Virus record (IMG/VR): IMGVR_UViG_3300037088_000332
Direction: 5' to 3' (one strand)
Source of the DNA: an uncultured virus (IMG/VR IMGVR_UViG_3300037088_000332)
Taxonomy: Duplodnaviria > Heunggongvirae > Uroviricota > Caudoviricetes
Length of the DNA stretch: 64,000 bases
The position numbers were made by a program, and so were the translations under genes. The first letter of the stretch is position 1, and each line of letters opens with the position of its first letter. Below the pieces are notes generated by a model that worked only from the letters and a program-made list of their open reading frames with translations, did no database searches and was not told the origin of the DNA. Below, piece by piece: positions 9,753 through 20,699 of this stretch.

Positions 9753-10973
9753 CTACGCAGCCACCACTTTGGCAGCTTCGTAGGTGATTCCGTTCGGTGC
9801 ATCCTTAAGCCGCATGATGGCGGCAAGGTAGTCGTCAATGAACCGTTGGCTCGGGTCCTCAAGCTGTTCCCCGTGGTAAACAACGGAAGCCTTGAGGTCC
9901 ATTTCCTTGGCGACCTGTAGCACCGTCAGCTTGGCGGTGATACGTGCCGGACGGGTGGGGTTGGAGAGCAGTACCGCCGCCATTCCCGGAAGAGTGGGGG
10001 TGTCGGCGGTGAAGCGCTGGTACCAAGTCTGGAGCCGACCGAAGGACGCCTTCTGAACAGCCTTCTTGGTCAACCCGGCGACCTCGACCTTCGGGTGCTT
10101 GTCGCCGAGCTTGCGGCGGGTCTTCAGATATTCTGCCTGCGCACGCTCGGTTCGGGCGATGAGCCGCTTGACCATCGGGAGAGCCAGCAGTTTCCTGATG
10201 AGAAGATTGCGGTCCTTGCCGACCGTGATAAGCGGGTTCTGGAAGTAGGCGGCGTCAAGTTCCGTGTAGTTATCGTTAGGGATTTCGGCGATGACCTCGT
10301 AAGTCCAGCAGCGGCCCTTGCCGCACGAGACTTCGGGAATTTCGTCCACGTCCTTAGGGTTGACCTTGATTGCCATCAGGCGAGCCCCTGAGAAGTTCTG
10401 GAGGTACGCACGGGAGCAGAAGTGATAGCCACGGCTGCACTGTTGCTTGCTGTCTTTGTCAACGTCCCGGCGAGGCATCACGGGTACCTGACCAATGTGG
10501 TTGTCCACCTTGCTGCTGTGGCAGTCCGTGTAGTCGGCATTGACCCGTTTGTAGGCGACGAAGCAGCCGTCGTCCGTTATCGGCATATTGTACAGGTTGA
10601 GGAACTCGTACAAGCCCAGAATTGCCGAGGGGTTGGGGTTTTTGTACAGGTTATCCATGAACTTAATCATATGGGTAACGGGCTTGTCGTGCTCAATCAG
10701 GTTGAGCATCATCTTCGTCAGGCTGGAGTGGACGGGGCTTCCCTTGTAGAAGACTTCCCCGTTGATGACTTCCACATTGCCGTGGCTCCGGTTGGAGATG
10801 GACTGGGCGATATTGACGAGGTCGGGAACCTTCGTCCATTTCTTGGCGCGGAGCGCCTTGACCATCTTCTTGAAGGTCGGGTGGCTGGCGAGCAGTTGGA
10901 ACGGGCGACCGTTCAGGACAACGCTCACAAAATTGTCTTGGATGACATACGGAACTTTGTTGGCTTTTGCCAT
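9753..10973 (-). CDS. rIIB: rIIB-like protein
   Basis: PITDDGCFVAYKRV..DYTDCHS..VDN.IG..MPR.DVD...CSRGYH; next to rIIA; SD GAGGAG. Confidence 0.9.
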   Translation of the reverse strand: MAKANKVPYVIQDNFVSVVLNGRPFQLLASHPTFKKMVKALRAKKWTKVPDLVNIAQSISNRSHGNVEVINGEVFYKGSPVHSSLTKMMLNLIEHDKPVTHMIKFMDNLYKNPNPSAILGLYEFLNLYNMPITDDGCFVAYKRVNADYTDCHSSKVDNHIGQVPVMPRRDVDKDSKQQCSRGYHFCSRAYLQNFSGARLMAIKVNPKDVDEIPEVSCGKGRCWTYEVIAEIPNDNYTELDAAYFQNPLITVGKDRNLLIRKLLALPMVKRLIARTERAQAEYLKTRRKLGDKHPKVEVAGLTKKAVQKASFGRLQTWYQRFTADTPTLPGMAAVLLSNPTRPARITAKLTVLQVAKEMDLKASVVYHGEQLEDPSQRFIDDYLAAIMRLKDAPNGITYEAAKVVAA

Positions 10974-11235
10974 AGTTGATGTTCTCCTCACTTATAGTAT
11001 ACCTTGCGCCGAGGCTTTTTTCCAAGGTTTTTTACAACCAACCAAGAGCCAGTAGCAATACACCGACTCCGATTGCCGCCCACATGAATCCGAGGGCGAT
11101 GGAGGGGGTCTTTTCCCACGGTTCCCCCTCCCTTATCCGAGTTGCGTTGCACTTGACCATCATTGTGCAGAACAGTATGACCAAGGTATAGATGATTCGG
11201 TCTGTCGTGGTCGGCTCAATGTTCATATTTTTTCC

Positions 11236-13644
11236 TTAAGCGGCCGCACCAGTCGCCGTGGCAACCTCAACCATGTCGTTTTGCTTGGCTTTCGCCGCTT
11301 CCTGCTTCTTCTTCTCGACGTAGTGCTTCTGAGCTTCCACTTTGCGGAGCCGATAAGCTTCCCTCTTATCGGCTTCCCTCTTGGCTGGCTCCTGTGCCTT
11401 AACAGCTTCGGCGTCGTTCATGCGGAGGTAGGCAACCAGAGCCTTGGCTTCCTCGTCGCCGTCGTTGTAGTTGCTCTTGCGGCAGATTCCTAGCAAGGGA
11501 TAGTGGGACTTGACGCTTTCCCAAAGCTGATTGAAGTCCGTGATATTGCTGACCTTGTACTTCAGGATGCTCAGCACGTTGGACAATCCTTTGTTCTCCT
11601 CGTTCGCATCCTTCTGTGCGGCATTGAGCAGGATGGCAAAATTCTGGAATTTGCTCATAGCATCCATCGGCAGGTGTTTGGAGACATAGTCCAAGATGAA
11701 TCCCCAGTCGGTTCGGAAGGGCTTCATCTGGAGGCTCAGGGCGGCTTCCTTCGTCGGGGTCATAATAGTCGGGACGACATTGACCAGCGTCTTGAACTCC
11801 ACCCAGTCGTGGTGCTTGCGCAGCGGGGAGGTCGGGCGCAAGGCATAGATAGGCATTCCGGGTGTCAGACCGAATAGTCCGCTGTTCCGCATACCCTTGA
11901 CCAGGTTGGACATAGTGTCGGGGATATCAACTCCCTCGATTCCCGTGATTCCCTTTCGACTGGGACCCATAACGGTAATATAATACTTGGTTCCGGGCTC
12001 GACGGCCGCATCCTCATCCGCTCGTTGCCAAGCGTGCCACCAAGAGCCATAGTTACCGCGATAGTAGCTTTTCTCCTCAAAGGTGACTAAGCCCTTGGTT
12101 CGGGGAGCCGACACACGCTTGGGGAACGCCCAGGCGTACTTTGTGGCAAGGCTGCTGGCAAGGACAGTCGGGGGGTTACCAAGGTTCGCAAGCAGTTTGG
12201 CGACTTCCACGGCGGCGACATTCTGGTCTGCGTCCTTGACCGGGGAAATCACATACCCATCCTGCTTTTCGTTGTCCTGAGCTTTCTGAATGAAGTAGTT
12301 TATGAACTTGTTGCCACGTCCCACCTTCATATCGTCAAGGATGACGACGACCTTCGGGGTGACCTCGATTTCCACGTTGAAATCTTTTCTCTCCGCTGTG
12401 CCGGTGGTAATCTCATTGGCGGCACGGTTTCGGTTTTCAGCGGTCATCCCGAGAACCTGCTCACGGGATGCCTTGCCCGAGCCACGGCGGCTGTACTGGT
12501 GACGGAAGTGGGTGACCTTGATGTTATCGTAGTCAAGCTCGTTGACCACGAGCCCTTTGTTGCCGTCAAAGGTAAAGTTGGAGTAGTTTCCTGCCAGAGC
12601 ACCCGTGTTGAATGCTTCGTTAACGATGTGGGCGATGGCTCCGTGATTGAGCAAGTCCCACACGACCATCTTGGCTTCCCACATGTCGGCCGCGGCCTCA
12701 ATCTTTTGCTTGACCTCTTCCAGAATCCCGGCGTTTACCTCGTCCAGAGCCTTGAGGATGGCGTCAATCGTTGGTCCGTCAAGCTGGAGTTGCTCACGGC
12801 TGACAGCGGGGTTGACCTCGCCAATCTCGAAGAAGATGTCCAAGGGCATCTCAAAGATGTGCTTCTGTGCCTCTGACATACGGCTAACATCAATGTTTCC
12901 CACGGCATATGCCACGATTCCCATGATGGCACGGATGCCGTCGCCCTGTGCGGTGGTTCCGTTCTTGCGCAACCCCCAGCGCTTAGTCTTGATGGTGTAC
13001 TCGGGCTTCTCGATGTTCAGTTGTTTGTTGAGAGTGGGCATCGGTTCGCAGAACTCAAACACAATCTTTGCCTTATTCTCGAACTCCCACACATCCAGCT
13101 GCTCAACCGGGAAGATGACCTCAAGCCCATCAGGCTCAGTTGTTTCCATCTCGCTTTGGAGTTCGACCTTGGGGAATCCGCTGTCAATGAACGCCGCATA
13201 TGTGCGGGCGGTGCCCTTCTGGTAGCTGACGACGGCGAACCCACCCGCTTTGCCGTTTCTCAGGAAGTAGGCGAAGGGGCTTTTGGAGCCGAGTCCAAAT
13301 GCTCCGATGAGCTTATTGTTGTCGTTCTTGGATGAGCTAAAGTACGTGCAGTATAGGGACAACACCTGTTCATTGGTCATTCCCATACCAAAGTCCCGAA
13401 TCTTGAAGCTCGGGTCCATGTTGGTAGGCAAGGTGACGATAAAGGGGGTGTTGGACTTTCCCGCTTCCACATTAGCGTCCTGAGCATTGCAGGACAATTC
13501 CCTGATGACCGCACGTATGGGGTCAGTATAGAGCCGGGACGATAGCGTCTCAAACGCTATTGCCGAATTTTGTATGGAAAACTGCTGGGGAACGCCGATT
13601 CCCCCGGAGGTCTCTGTCTTGGCTGCCGAGGTTCCGAATTTCAT
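11236..13644 (-). CDS. rIIA: rIIA-like protein (N-terminal GHKL/HATPase domain)
   Basis: LSSRLYTDPIRAVIRELSCNAQDA, IRDFGMGM, GAFGLGSKSPFAY; SD GGAGG. Confidence 0.92.
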   Translation of the reverse strand: MKFGTSAAKTETSGGIGVPQQFSIQNSAIAFETLSSRLYTDPIRAVIRELSCNAQDANVEAGKSNTPFIVTLPTNMDPSFKIRDFGMGMTNEQVLSLYCTYFSSSKNDNNKLIGAFGLGSKSPFAYFLRNGKAGGFAVVSYQKGTARTYAAFIDSGFPKVELQSEMETTEPDGLEVIFPVEQLDVWEFENKAKIVFEFCEPMPTLNKQLNIEKPEYTIKTKRWGLRKNGTTAQGDGIRAIMGIVAYAVGNIDVSRMSEAQKHIFEMPLDIFFEIGEVNPAVSREQLQLDGPTIDAILKALDEVNAGILEEVKQKIEAAADMWEAKMVVWDLLNHGAIAHIVNEAFNTGALAGNYSNFTFDGNKGLVVNELDYDNIKVTHFRHQYSRRGSGKASREQVLGMTAENRNRAANEITTGTAERKDFNVEIEVTPKVVVILDDMKVGRGNKFINYFIQKAQDNEKQDGYVISPVKDADQNVAAVEVAKLLANLGNPPTVLASSLATKYAWAFPKRVSAPRTKGLVTFEEKSYYRGNYGSWWHAWQRADEDAAVEPGTKYYITVMGPSRKGITGIEGVDIPDTMSNLVKGMRNSGLFGLTPGMPIYALRPTSPLRKHHDWVEFKTLVNVVPTIMTPTKEAALSLQMKPFRTDWGFILDYVSKHLPMDAMSKFQNFAILLNAAQKDANEENKGLSNVLSILKYKVSNITDFNQLWESVKSHYPLLGICRKSNYNDGDEEAKALVAYLRMNDAEAVKAQEPAKREADKREAYRLRKVEAQKHYVEKKKQEAAKAKQNDMVEVATATGAAA

Positions 13645-14089
13645 TGTTGTATTTCCTCCCACTCATATTATACATCGGTAGAAAGGAAATTTCCAGGGAT
13701 TATTGGCCGATGCTGGCCTACTTGGGTATAATTACTTTTCGCTTGCTTGCACAGAAGGAGGAGGGGACATAGAGTTCCCTTGCCAGCCAGACTCCAGTAC
13801 GGCTTCGGGGCTTCGGTCTTACCCCCTTGGCAAAGGCTGCGGAGAAATATTACTTCCCCTTGGTGAGCCGGTTGAACTTGTTTACAGTATCCATGTCCTT
13901 AAGGATATGGAATCCCGCCCTGTAACGGCGTCCCTTACCGTCTCGGACAAGATTAGACTTGGAGACCAGCCAAGTGTCCATAGGGACTGTGAGGCTCCCG
14001 AAGTGTCCACGGAAGAGGAAGCAGAGGTTCCTGTTCCTCTTCCTGAACGCTTTCCAGAAAAGATAATAGGGTCTTACCATGCCTTTCTC

Positions 14090-15838
14090 CTATTCTCCTG
14101 GACCGAAAGTTGGAATACAGTCGCAACACCTGCATCCTGACTTGTGAGTATCCACTGCTGGTACAACGGAACTTGGAAGAGAGGGGATACTGGGGTTTAG
14201 GGTGCCCTCGACGGTTCTTGTTTCCAACTCCTCGGGAGGCGTCAGGGTTCGTTTCTCTCCCCGCTTTTCCCGAAGCGCCCGGTTGCGGATGAGGGCGTCC
14301 TCGTTCGGCACATAATCGCCTTCATGCGGTCTGACGGCGGCGATTTGCTTATAGTAGCCAAGTGCCTGCACCTGCTGCATATAGTTGTTGAATTCCTTGT
14401 CGCCAATTACAAGTTCCGGGTTGGTAAACACGGGGGTGAGGATGGAATACAGCTTGGCCATATTGGGCTTGTCGGCTTCATCACCCTTTGTGCTACGCTC
14501 CTCAGCGTCCACCCAGATTATAAATAATTCTTGCTTTAGCGGATTTCTTAGGATTTCCCCCATAATGGCCGCATGGGGGTCAAGCTGGACCTCCGTTTCC
14601 GGCTCAGTGTAGGAGTTTATCGGCTCCAGCTTGCCAGTGAGCAGGTCGTGGCAGTCCTCAAGGGCGTTTTGTGATGCCGTGGCAAGCTGCTCCTTGAGGC
14701 GCTCCTCATAGGGCTTTCTAGTGACCCCTGAGATGTAACTGAGGAGTTTGGCCATCAGGGCAGCCTTGTTATCTGGCCATTCTTTTGTTTCAAAAGTATC
14801 TTCGCTATATCCGTTCGGAGCTATGGTTGGGATTATGGTCGGCTCATAGACCATACGGAGCAGGGTATCACGTTCAAGGTCGGTGAGGCGGGGGTCACCT
14901 CCGGTTAGGGTTTTGAGATGAGATTGGATGCCAAGGCTGCGGAGAATCTTGGCCGCAGTCGCCCGCATCGTCGCCCGGTAGGTTAGTGCCTTTTCTAGGA
15001 TGTCCACCTCAAGGAAGACCTGTGCAGGTTGGTCCACGACATTGTCATGCCGTGCTAGGTCCAAGGCGAACTTCGGTCCGCCTGGCTCCGTGTCACGGAC
15101 GGGAACCACGTCTTCGGTGTCAAGCTCAATGTAAATGTCCACGAGCGGTGTCGGACAGTAGTCGGCGATAAGCCCGAGCAGGTCCGACCGGAACAGGTCA
15201 AACAGGCGCTTTGCCATGCCGTTGGGTTTGTCTTCCTTGGTGAAGTAGTTGGGGCACTCGGCCTTTACCAGGTCCCAGAGATAGTCATCCGGGGCGTCTT
15301 TGATGGTGCGAGGGTCTTTGGAGTTATAGAAGGGTGCTTTGGTTCTAGGCTTGGTTGCCACTTTGCATACGCACTTAAGATTGTCTCCGGGGGTGGGGAC
15401 CTTCCCTCCCTTGGCCGCAACCATGCTGGGGTAGATGCGCTCGTACCATAGGCGCACTGGGCACCGTTCTTCTGGATGCGTGAGGACGAGCCAGAAGTAG
15501 CGTCCCTCGCCGAGGACCTCGGAGTATTCTTCTAAGTCTCCTATCGTACTTACGAACATTCCATCCGAGGACATATATTGCTTGCCTGTCCTGGCGTCTC
15601 CTCCGAATATTGCTCTGCGACTGATAATGAAAGCCCCCTCAATTTTCAAAAATCTCGGGTCATGTATCATTTCCCAAGTTTGACCTAGCGTCTTGATATA
15701 GCCCCTGTCTCCGAAAACTAAGGTATCAAGGAGTTGACAGTATTGGTACTCTTCTCTCTGCACTTCCCCATCGGCAAAACGGTATATCCGTTTTTGGTCA
15801 TCGAGGATTCCCAAGAGGCTCTGAATTGATTTGTCCAT
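14090..15838 (-). CDS. large hypothetical protein
   Basis: 582-aa open frame; ATG 6 nt after a TATTAT -10-like box. Confidence 0.8.
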   Translation of the reverse strand: MDKSIQSLLGILDDQKRIYRFADGEVQREEYQYCQLLDTLVFGDRGYIKTLGQTWEMIHDPRFLKIEGAFIISRRAIFGGDARTGKQYMSSDGMFVSTIGDLEEYSEVLGEGRYFWLVLTHPEERCPVRLWYERIYPSMVAAKGGKVPTPGDNLKCVCKVATKPRTKAPFYNSKDPRTIKDAPDDYLWDLVKAECPNYFTKEDKPNGMAKRLFDLFRSDLLGLIADYCPTPLVDIYIELDTEDVVPVRDTEPGGPKFALDLARHDNVVDQPAQVFLEVDILEKALTYRATMRATAAKILRSLGIQSHLKTLTGGDPRLTDLERDTLLRMVYEPTIIPTIAPNGYSEDTFETKEWPDNKAALMAKLLSYISGVTRKPYEERLKEQLATASQNALEDCHDLLTGKLEPINSYTEPETEVQLDPHAAIMGEILRNPLKQELFIIWVDAEERSTKGDEADKPNMAKLYSILTPVFTNPELVIGDKEFNNYMQQVQALGYYKQIAAVRPHEGDYVPNEDALIRNRALREKRGEKRTLTPPEELETRTVEGTLNPSIPSLPSSVVPAVDTHKSGCRCCDCIPTFGPGE

Positions 15839-15842
15839 AGTG

Positions 15843-16106
15843 TTATAATACCCTCGTTTCTTGGAAGTTCACTATCTTGTAAATATGTTCAAGGAAGTCC
15901 TGTTCTGAGAGCTTCTCTTTCATTGCATTGCAGATGCGGCAACAGGGAACGATGTTCTTGGAAGTATATCCTAACTTGTTGTTCAGCCTGTCCACTCCCG
16001 AGTAGACAAAATTAGGATATCCCTTCCTCCTTACATAGTTGGATGAGGAAGCCCTGCAGTAATAGCAGTTCCTTTTTATCAGGACGTAGAAAGCCTCATC
16101 TGGCAA
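15843..16106 (-). pseudogene. HNH endonuclease C-terminal fragment
   Basis: CYYC...GVDRLNNKLGYTSKNIVPCCRICNAMK; lacks an N-terminus and a good start. Confidence 0.55.
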
Positions 16107-16639
16107 CTGCCAAATGTGGATTTGGGGTCGGTAAGAATTTCCACGTCCTTGGCTTCTTGCTTTTTTAGTTCTTCCTCGTGCTTCAGCCGGTCCTCTGAGG
16201 TTTCCTCATCCGGGGAGATGAGCAGTTTGATAATCCCAAACTGCTCGCATTCCTTGGGTTTATTTTTTTTCAAGAGGGCACGGGAGTCGGCGAAATCCAC
16301 CTTTGAAATGGATTTTCTTATCCCTTGCGGGCTAAATCCACCTATTCCCTGAAGGATCATCCAGTCGTCCTCGGTGACGAATGCCGTTGTCCCGCTTGTT
16401 CCCCGCTTTGCCTCTTTGACGGTAAGGCGCTCTATACCTATCAGCTTGTCGGTATGAAGCCGTCTCGTCAGGTCTTGGCTGCGTGACAGCCCGTAGGTCT
16501 TGGCTATTCGGGATATCGTGCTGTAGGCCACTCCGAGGTCGTTTGCTATGGTCTGGAAGCTGTCGTTCGGGTGGGACTGTATGTAGTTGGCGACCGACTT
16601 ATGTACTTTGCTGGTCTTCTTGTTCTTTGCCATTGTCAT
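16079..16639 (-). CDS. helix-turn-helix domain protein
   Basis: SFQTIANDLGVAYSTISRIA HTH motif. Confidence 0.7.
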   Translation of the reverse strand: MTMAKNKKTSKVHKSVANYIQSHPNDSFQTIANDLGVAYSTISRIAKTYGLSRSQDLTRRLHTDKLIGIERLTVKEAKRGTSGTTAFVTEDDWMILQGIGGFSPQGIRKSISKVDFADSRALLKKNKPKECEQFGIIKLLISPDEETSEDRLKHEEELKKQEAKDVEILTDPKSTFGSCQMRLSTS

Positions 16640-17272
16640 CCCCCTATAGGACAAGTTGTCTTTTCTACTTGTTCTATATGAAGACCTGAATAGTCAAGAT
16701 ATTTAGATTGTCCGCTATTCCCAGAAGGCTTTGTATCGTCCTGTCCATTTACTTCCCCCTCTTCTCTTTGCCTATTTTTTATTACTGTCTTGATGCAGAC
16801 TTTGAAGCAGGTGTCCCATCCCTTGCCATCCGGGCTGGCCCACTTGTTCATGGGATTCCCATTTATAAGCTCGCAGTTCGACATTGCCTGTCGTATCGCT
16901 CGCTCTCCCACACGCCATTTCAGCGTGCCGTTCTTCGTCTTCCCCTTGAGGGTCTCTATGATTGCTGCCACAGTTCCTCCTTACGGAATGGATACAAAGA
17001 TTGGTCGGATATGCCACCAGCAGTTCCACCAGCGTACGGCTGGGCATCGTAATTCGGTCAACCCACGCCGACCGTACATTCGCCACCTTTTTACCATTTC
17101 ACGTCCGCATTTGCAAGCCATGGACCCTCCCGCCACCCAGCCCTTAAGCATAGAAATACCACTTTCACACCGAAAGGAGATTGACCATGCTCATCACACG
17201 ACCCAGAGGGAGACCCGAGGGGAGGTGGTCTGTATCTGCACGATGCCGGGGAAGTATACCCCGATGAGCCGT

Positions 17273-17620
17273 CTATAGGTCGTTCCCCTCACAGTCAAGA
17301 CCAGAGAACCGATGCCCCATTACTTCCAGCCTTACCTCGACCTCCCATACAGTGATGAGAGTGCTTGCCTCCTGCTGGAGGAACAGCATAAGACCCTTTA
17401 TCGGGAATTTTGACGGAATGTCGGTAAAGATGGTGCTGAGACCGGCTGCAGCCTCCCCCGTAATTCCTGGCATGGGGGTGGACTGGTGGGTTCTCATCCT
17501 CTTTAAAAGCTCGCTATCCCATGTCAGGTTCTTGAATTTCTCAAGGCGGTCAGAGTGTAAATGGAGTGTGGTTATTGTATTGTTATCTGTGTGCCGAACT
17601 TTGGCTTCTGTGAGTTTCAT
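17273..17620 (-). CDS. hypothetical protein
   Basis: 115-aa ORF. Confidence 0.65.
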   Translation of the reverse strand: MKLTEAKVRHTDNNTITTLHLHSDRLEKFKNLTWDSELLKRMRTHQSTPMPGITGEAAAGLSTIFTDIPSKFPIKGLMLFLQQEASTLITVWEVEVRLEVMGHRFSGLDCEGNDL

Positions 17621-17649
17621 GTATACTGATACTAGGGCGGAGGAGAAAA

Positions 17650-18270
17650 GTGCCGTTAGTAAATCTGGTTATTTGTACCCATGAGCTGGACTGTCCGAAC
17701 TGTGGCAAGGGCTATGCTCCTCTATTTCGGGGCGGCAACTGGTACCATTGTATCCCGACCAATATCAACGCCAAGCCTGAATGGCAGTTTCCCCTGCTGG
17801 CCACCAAGTTCATTCGGCTCGGCCTGCTCAGCGAGGCCACACGGGAGCCAATGACCGCCCGAGGGGTGAGGTCCGTTTGCACGCATAAGGTGGGTTACCG
17901 CTCGGCGGCATCGGTGAAGGTTGCGGCGGCGGAGTGCATCAGAAAGTACGGCTCGCTTGGCCTGGAGGCATACGAGTGCCCTTGCTGCGATTCCTACCAT
18001 GTGGGACACCCGAATATTGTCCGTCCGGCCATGGTGTTCAACGAGGACTGCATCACGGCCATCAGGAAGCTCGCCCCGGATGACATGACAGCGGCGAGGC
18101 GGTTTGTCGTCTACAGCTATCGCTTCAACAAGGATAAGGTTGATGGTATGCCCATCTCTGCCAAGACGGAGCGGAGTCGCAGGTGTATTGAGGCTGTTAA
18201 GGTGCAAACTATGGTGGTATTATCTCTGAGAGAGAAGGGAAACAAAGATGCCGAACGACTGCCCGACTGA
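17650..18270 (+). CDS. hypothetical Zn-binding protein
   Basis: SD GGAGGAG plus GTG start; CPNC and YECPCCDSYHVGH. Confidence 0.7.
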   Translation: MPLVNLVICTHELDCPNCGKGYAPLFRGGNWYHCIPTNINAKPEWQFPLLATKFIRLGLLSEATREPMTARGVRSVCTHKVGYRSAASVKVAAAECIRKYGSLGLEAYECPCCDSYHVGHPNIVRPAMVFNEDCITAIRKLAPDDMTAARRFVVYSYRFNKDKVDGMPISAKTERSRRCIEAVKVQTMVVLSLREKGNKDAERLPD

Positions 18271-18528
18271 AATCCACGACTTACAGTGTTACAGATGTGG
18301 CTGGAAGATATATCGGTGCTCTAGGTGTCAGGGTTGTTATGCTTGTGAGCATACCGCCGTCTACGACCACGGGAGTGGCAGGTGGCATTGGATATGCCGT
18401 GATGGCAAGAAACGACCGGTCCTCCAAGAGCTTTGCGGCTGCCAGACTGACGAGCGGGAGAAACGGCAGAGGGCATTCCTTGCCAACCTCTTGTGGCCAG
18501 CCTCCGCCCCTCAGCAAAGTTGGCCATT

Positions 18529-18840
18529 CTAGTTCGCCCAAGACCGGACATTGAAAATCACTTCCAAATCCAAGGCACGACGGCGCTTGCGCTTCTCCTT
18601 GAAGTACTTGTTGGAGTGGCATTGCTTGCATCCACAGTTCATGTTCCACTTGGCATAACGACCCCACTGCATTGGGGTCCACTTGAAGCGGGGGTCATAC
18701 AATGCACGATAGAGGTAGGTGTGTTCATACGGTGGGGGGTTGAAGTTGTTCCAGACATGCTCGGCGACATAGCGGCGGCGGGCAATCCAGCCGAGGCGTA
18801 CAGAACGGCGCTCGACCCTCGAACGGGGATGATTCATGGC
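18529..18840 (-). CDS. basic hypothetical protein
   Basis: SD AAGGAG before MNHPRSR; CGCKQC. Confidence 0.65.
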   Translation of the reverse strand, partial: AMNHPRSRVERRSVRLGWIARRRYVAEHVWNNFNPPPYEHTYLYRALYDPRFKWTPMQWGRYAKWNMNCGCKQCHSNKYFKEKRKRRRALDLEVIFNVRSWAN

Positions 18841-19664
18841 TATTCTCCTTCTGACTGCCGGTCTCTTCACCCGGCATGAGTCAGGGACGCCATAAAATCC
18901 TCCTTTTGTTCTAATAACCCCCACTTTGTTCCAGACTGAGATACGGGGGCACTACTTTGCACCGGCCACCGTCTTCTTGGCAGCCTTGCGGGCGGCGGAC
19001 TTGAGGGCATTGGTGGACTCCCTCTGAACTAGGGGAACGAAAGTCCGATTGCCAGTCGGCTTTCCCTCGGCGTTCTTTTCGTCCGCCATACTGCCGACGA
19101 GGACCAGTGCAACAGCACCGCCTCTCCACGGCTTGCGTCGGTAGACCTTGTCATCCATCTCAATTGTGTCCTGCGGCATCGGTACCGGCATCATATCCTC
19201 CACGCGATTGTTCTGTGATTTCTATTTCTAGTTTTCCAGGTAATTGAGTTGTTTATTCCACTCACGTAAACAGTCCGTCCAGTCGCTTTCGTCGGACTTG
19301 TCAAGGTTAAACAGCGTAATCTCTCCGTAGATGCTCTCTGATTCGCATGTTCCGACTATGCCAATGCGATGTGCCTCACATAGTGCCCGCAAATCTGCCA
19401 CGAATCTCTTACGTCGCTCCAGACTGACCATCTTAGCCTACCATGCGCCCGTTTCGGGACGACCCTTCGTCCAGGTTTTGGAGACGGGGTACTGGACCAC
19501 CCGTCCTCCGGGATAAACCTTGTACAACCATTCGGGGCGGTCAGCTATCTGTGTCCAGACGATGCGACCGAGGCTTTCCGCATACCCCTTGGCGTCGTTC
19601 AGAGAGGCTACGACCCTAACATTGTTCTTGTCGCAATCAAGCAGCATATTGTATTCCTTGGAAA

Positions 19665-19741
19665 TGGTACCCCCGGAGAGATTTGAACTCCCGACCTTAC
19701 GGGTAGAAACCGTCTGCTCTTGTCCGCTGAGCTACGGGGGC
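19665..19741 (-). tRNA. tRNA-Arg(TCT)
   Basis: GCCCCCG/CGGGGGT acceptor, loop TTTCTAC, TTCAAAT T-loop, CCA. Confidence 0.9.
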
Positions 19742-19914
19742 ATAATTTGATGGGGCTAAGACCTACGGTTAGCTGGCTCCCGGCTTGACATCGGAGAACT
19801 AAGCGCCATAGCCAGTAGTCAGCCTCTCCGATGTTCAACCCCAAACTTGGTGGGGGTGACCAGGCGACAGGTGCGGCAAAGTCATCTGGGCGTTTGAACC
19901 CTGCCCCCATATGT

Positions 19915-20004
19915 TGGTACCCCCGGCAGGACTCGAACCTGCGATGCCTTTCGGCATAGACAGTTCAGGAAACTGTTGCGATATCCATCTCCGCTCACGG
20001 GGGC
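19915..20004 (-). tRNA. tRNA-Arg(CCT) with atypical long variable arm
   Basis: ACAGT-TTCCTGA-ACTGT; variable hairpin ATGCC-GAAA-GGCAT; CCA. Confidence 0.85.
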
Positions 20005-20039
20005 AAAAATCTGCCGGGCGGTTGCCCGTCCGGACTTGG

Positions 20040-20588
20040 TTATTCCTTGTCAATCTCCACGTTCCAGTATAGATATGGGGCGTAGTCCGACCATTCTTCC
20101 CTTATCTTGTTGATGTGAAGCTTGAAATTGAAGCGAGGGTCAGTCGGCTTGGGGGTATAAGGCCTACTGATAAGCCTCATTCCCGCCTGTTCCGGTGTTT
20201 TGCCACCCTTCTCCTTGTTGCATTTCTGGCACGCAATCGCTAAGTTTGGCCAGTCGGACTTTCCCCCCTGGCACAAAGGGGTAACGTGGTCAATAGTGTA
20301 CTCGTGTGTCTTGGTTATCCGTCCGCAGTACTGGCACGAGGCGTTGTCCCGGACCAAGAGATTTCGCCGTGTGCATGGGACGGACTGCTTCTTGCGCCGA
20401 GTCCAGGCATTTTTTACGACGATTATTCTCGGCATCTTCATTTCAAAGTTGGGGCTGTGAAGCACACGACCAGCTTCGTCTTCCTTGACAATCTGGGCAC
20501 GTCCCTCCCACCAGAGCTTGACTGCGTTCTGGTAATCGCAAAACCCAACCGGTTTCCAATACATATCTAAAACTAAGCAATCCTGCAT
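20040..20588 (-). CDS. HNH endonuclease
   Basis: RRNLLVRDNASCQYCG..TIDHVTP..GG..NLAIACQKCNKEKG. Confidence 0.92.
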   Translation of the reverse strand: MQDCLVLDMYWKPVGFCDYQNAVKLWWEGRAQIVKEDEAGRVLHSPNFEMKMPRIIVVKNAWTRRKKQSVPCTRRNLLVRDNASCQYCGRITKTHEYTIDHVTPLCQGGKSDWPNLAIACQKCNKEKGGKTPEQAGMRLISRPYTPKPTDPRFNFKLHINKIREEWSDYAPYLYWNVEIDKE

Positions 20589-20699
20589 GTTAGTCTATGT
20601 TCCCCTTCCCAACCATCTGTGAGGAGCCCTAATAATGCTTCAAGAAAAACTAATTTTCTGATTGAGCCTTTGTGTATCCAGAAACGACCAATAATCAAA

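Noticed and set aside
15843..16654. Programmed frameshift fusing the HTH and HNH ORFs
   Set aside because: No clear slippery site at the junction; a truncated HNH remnant is simpler.
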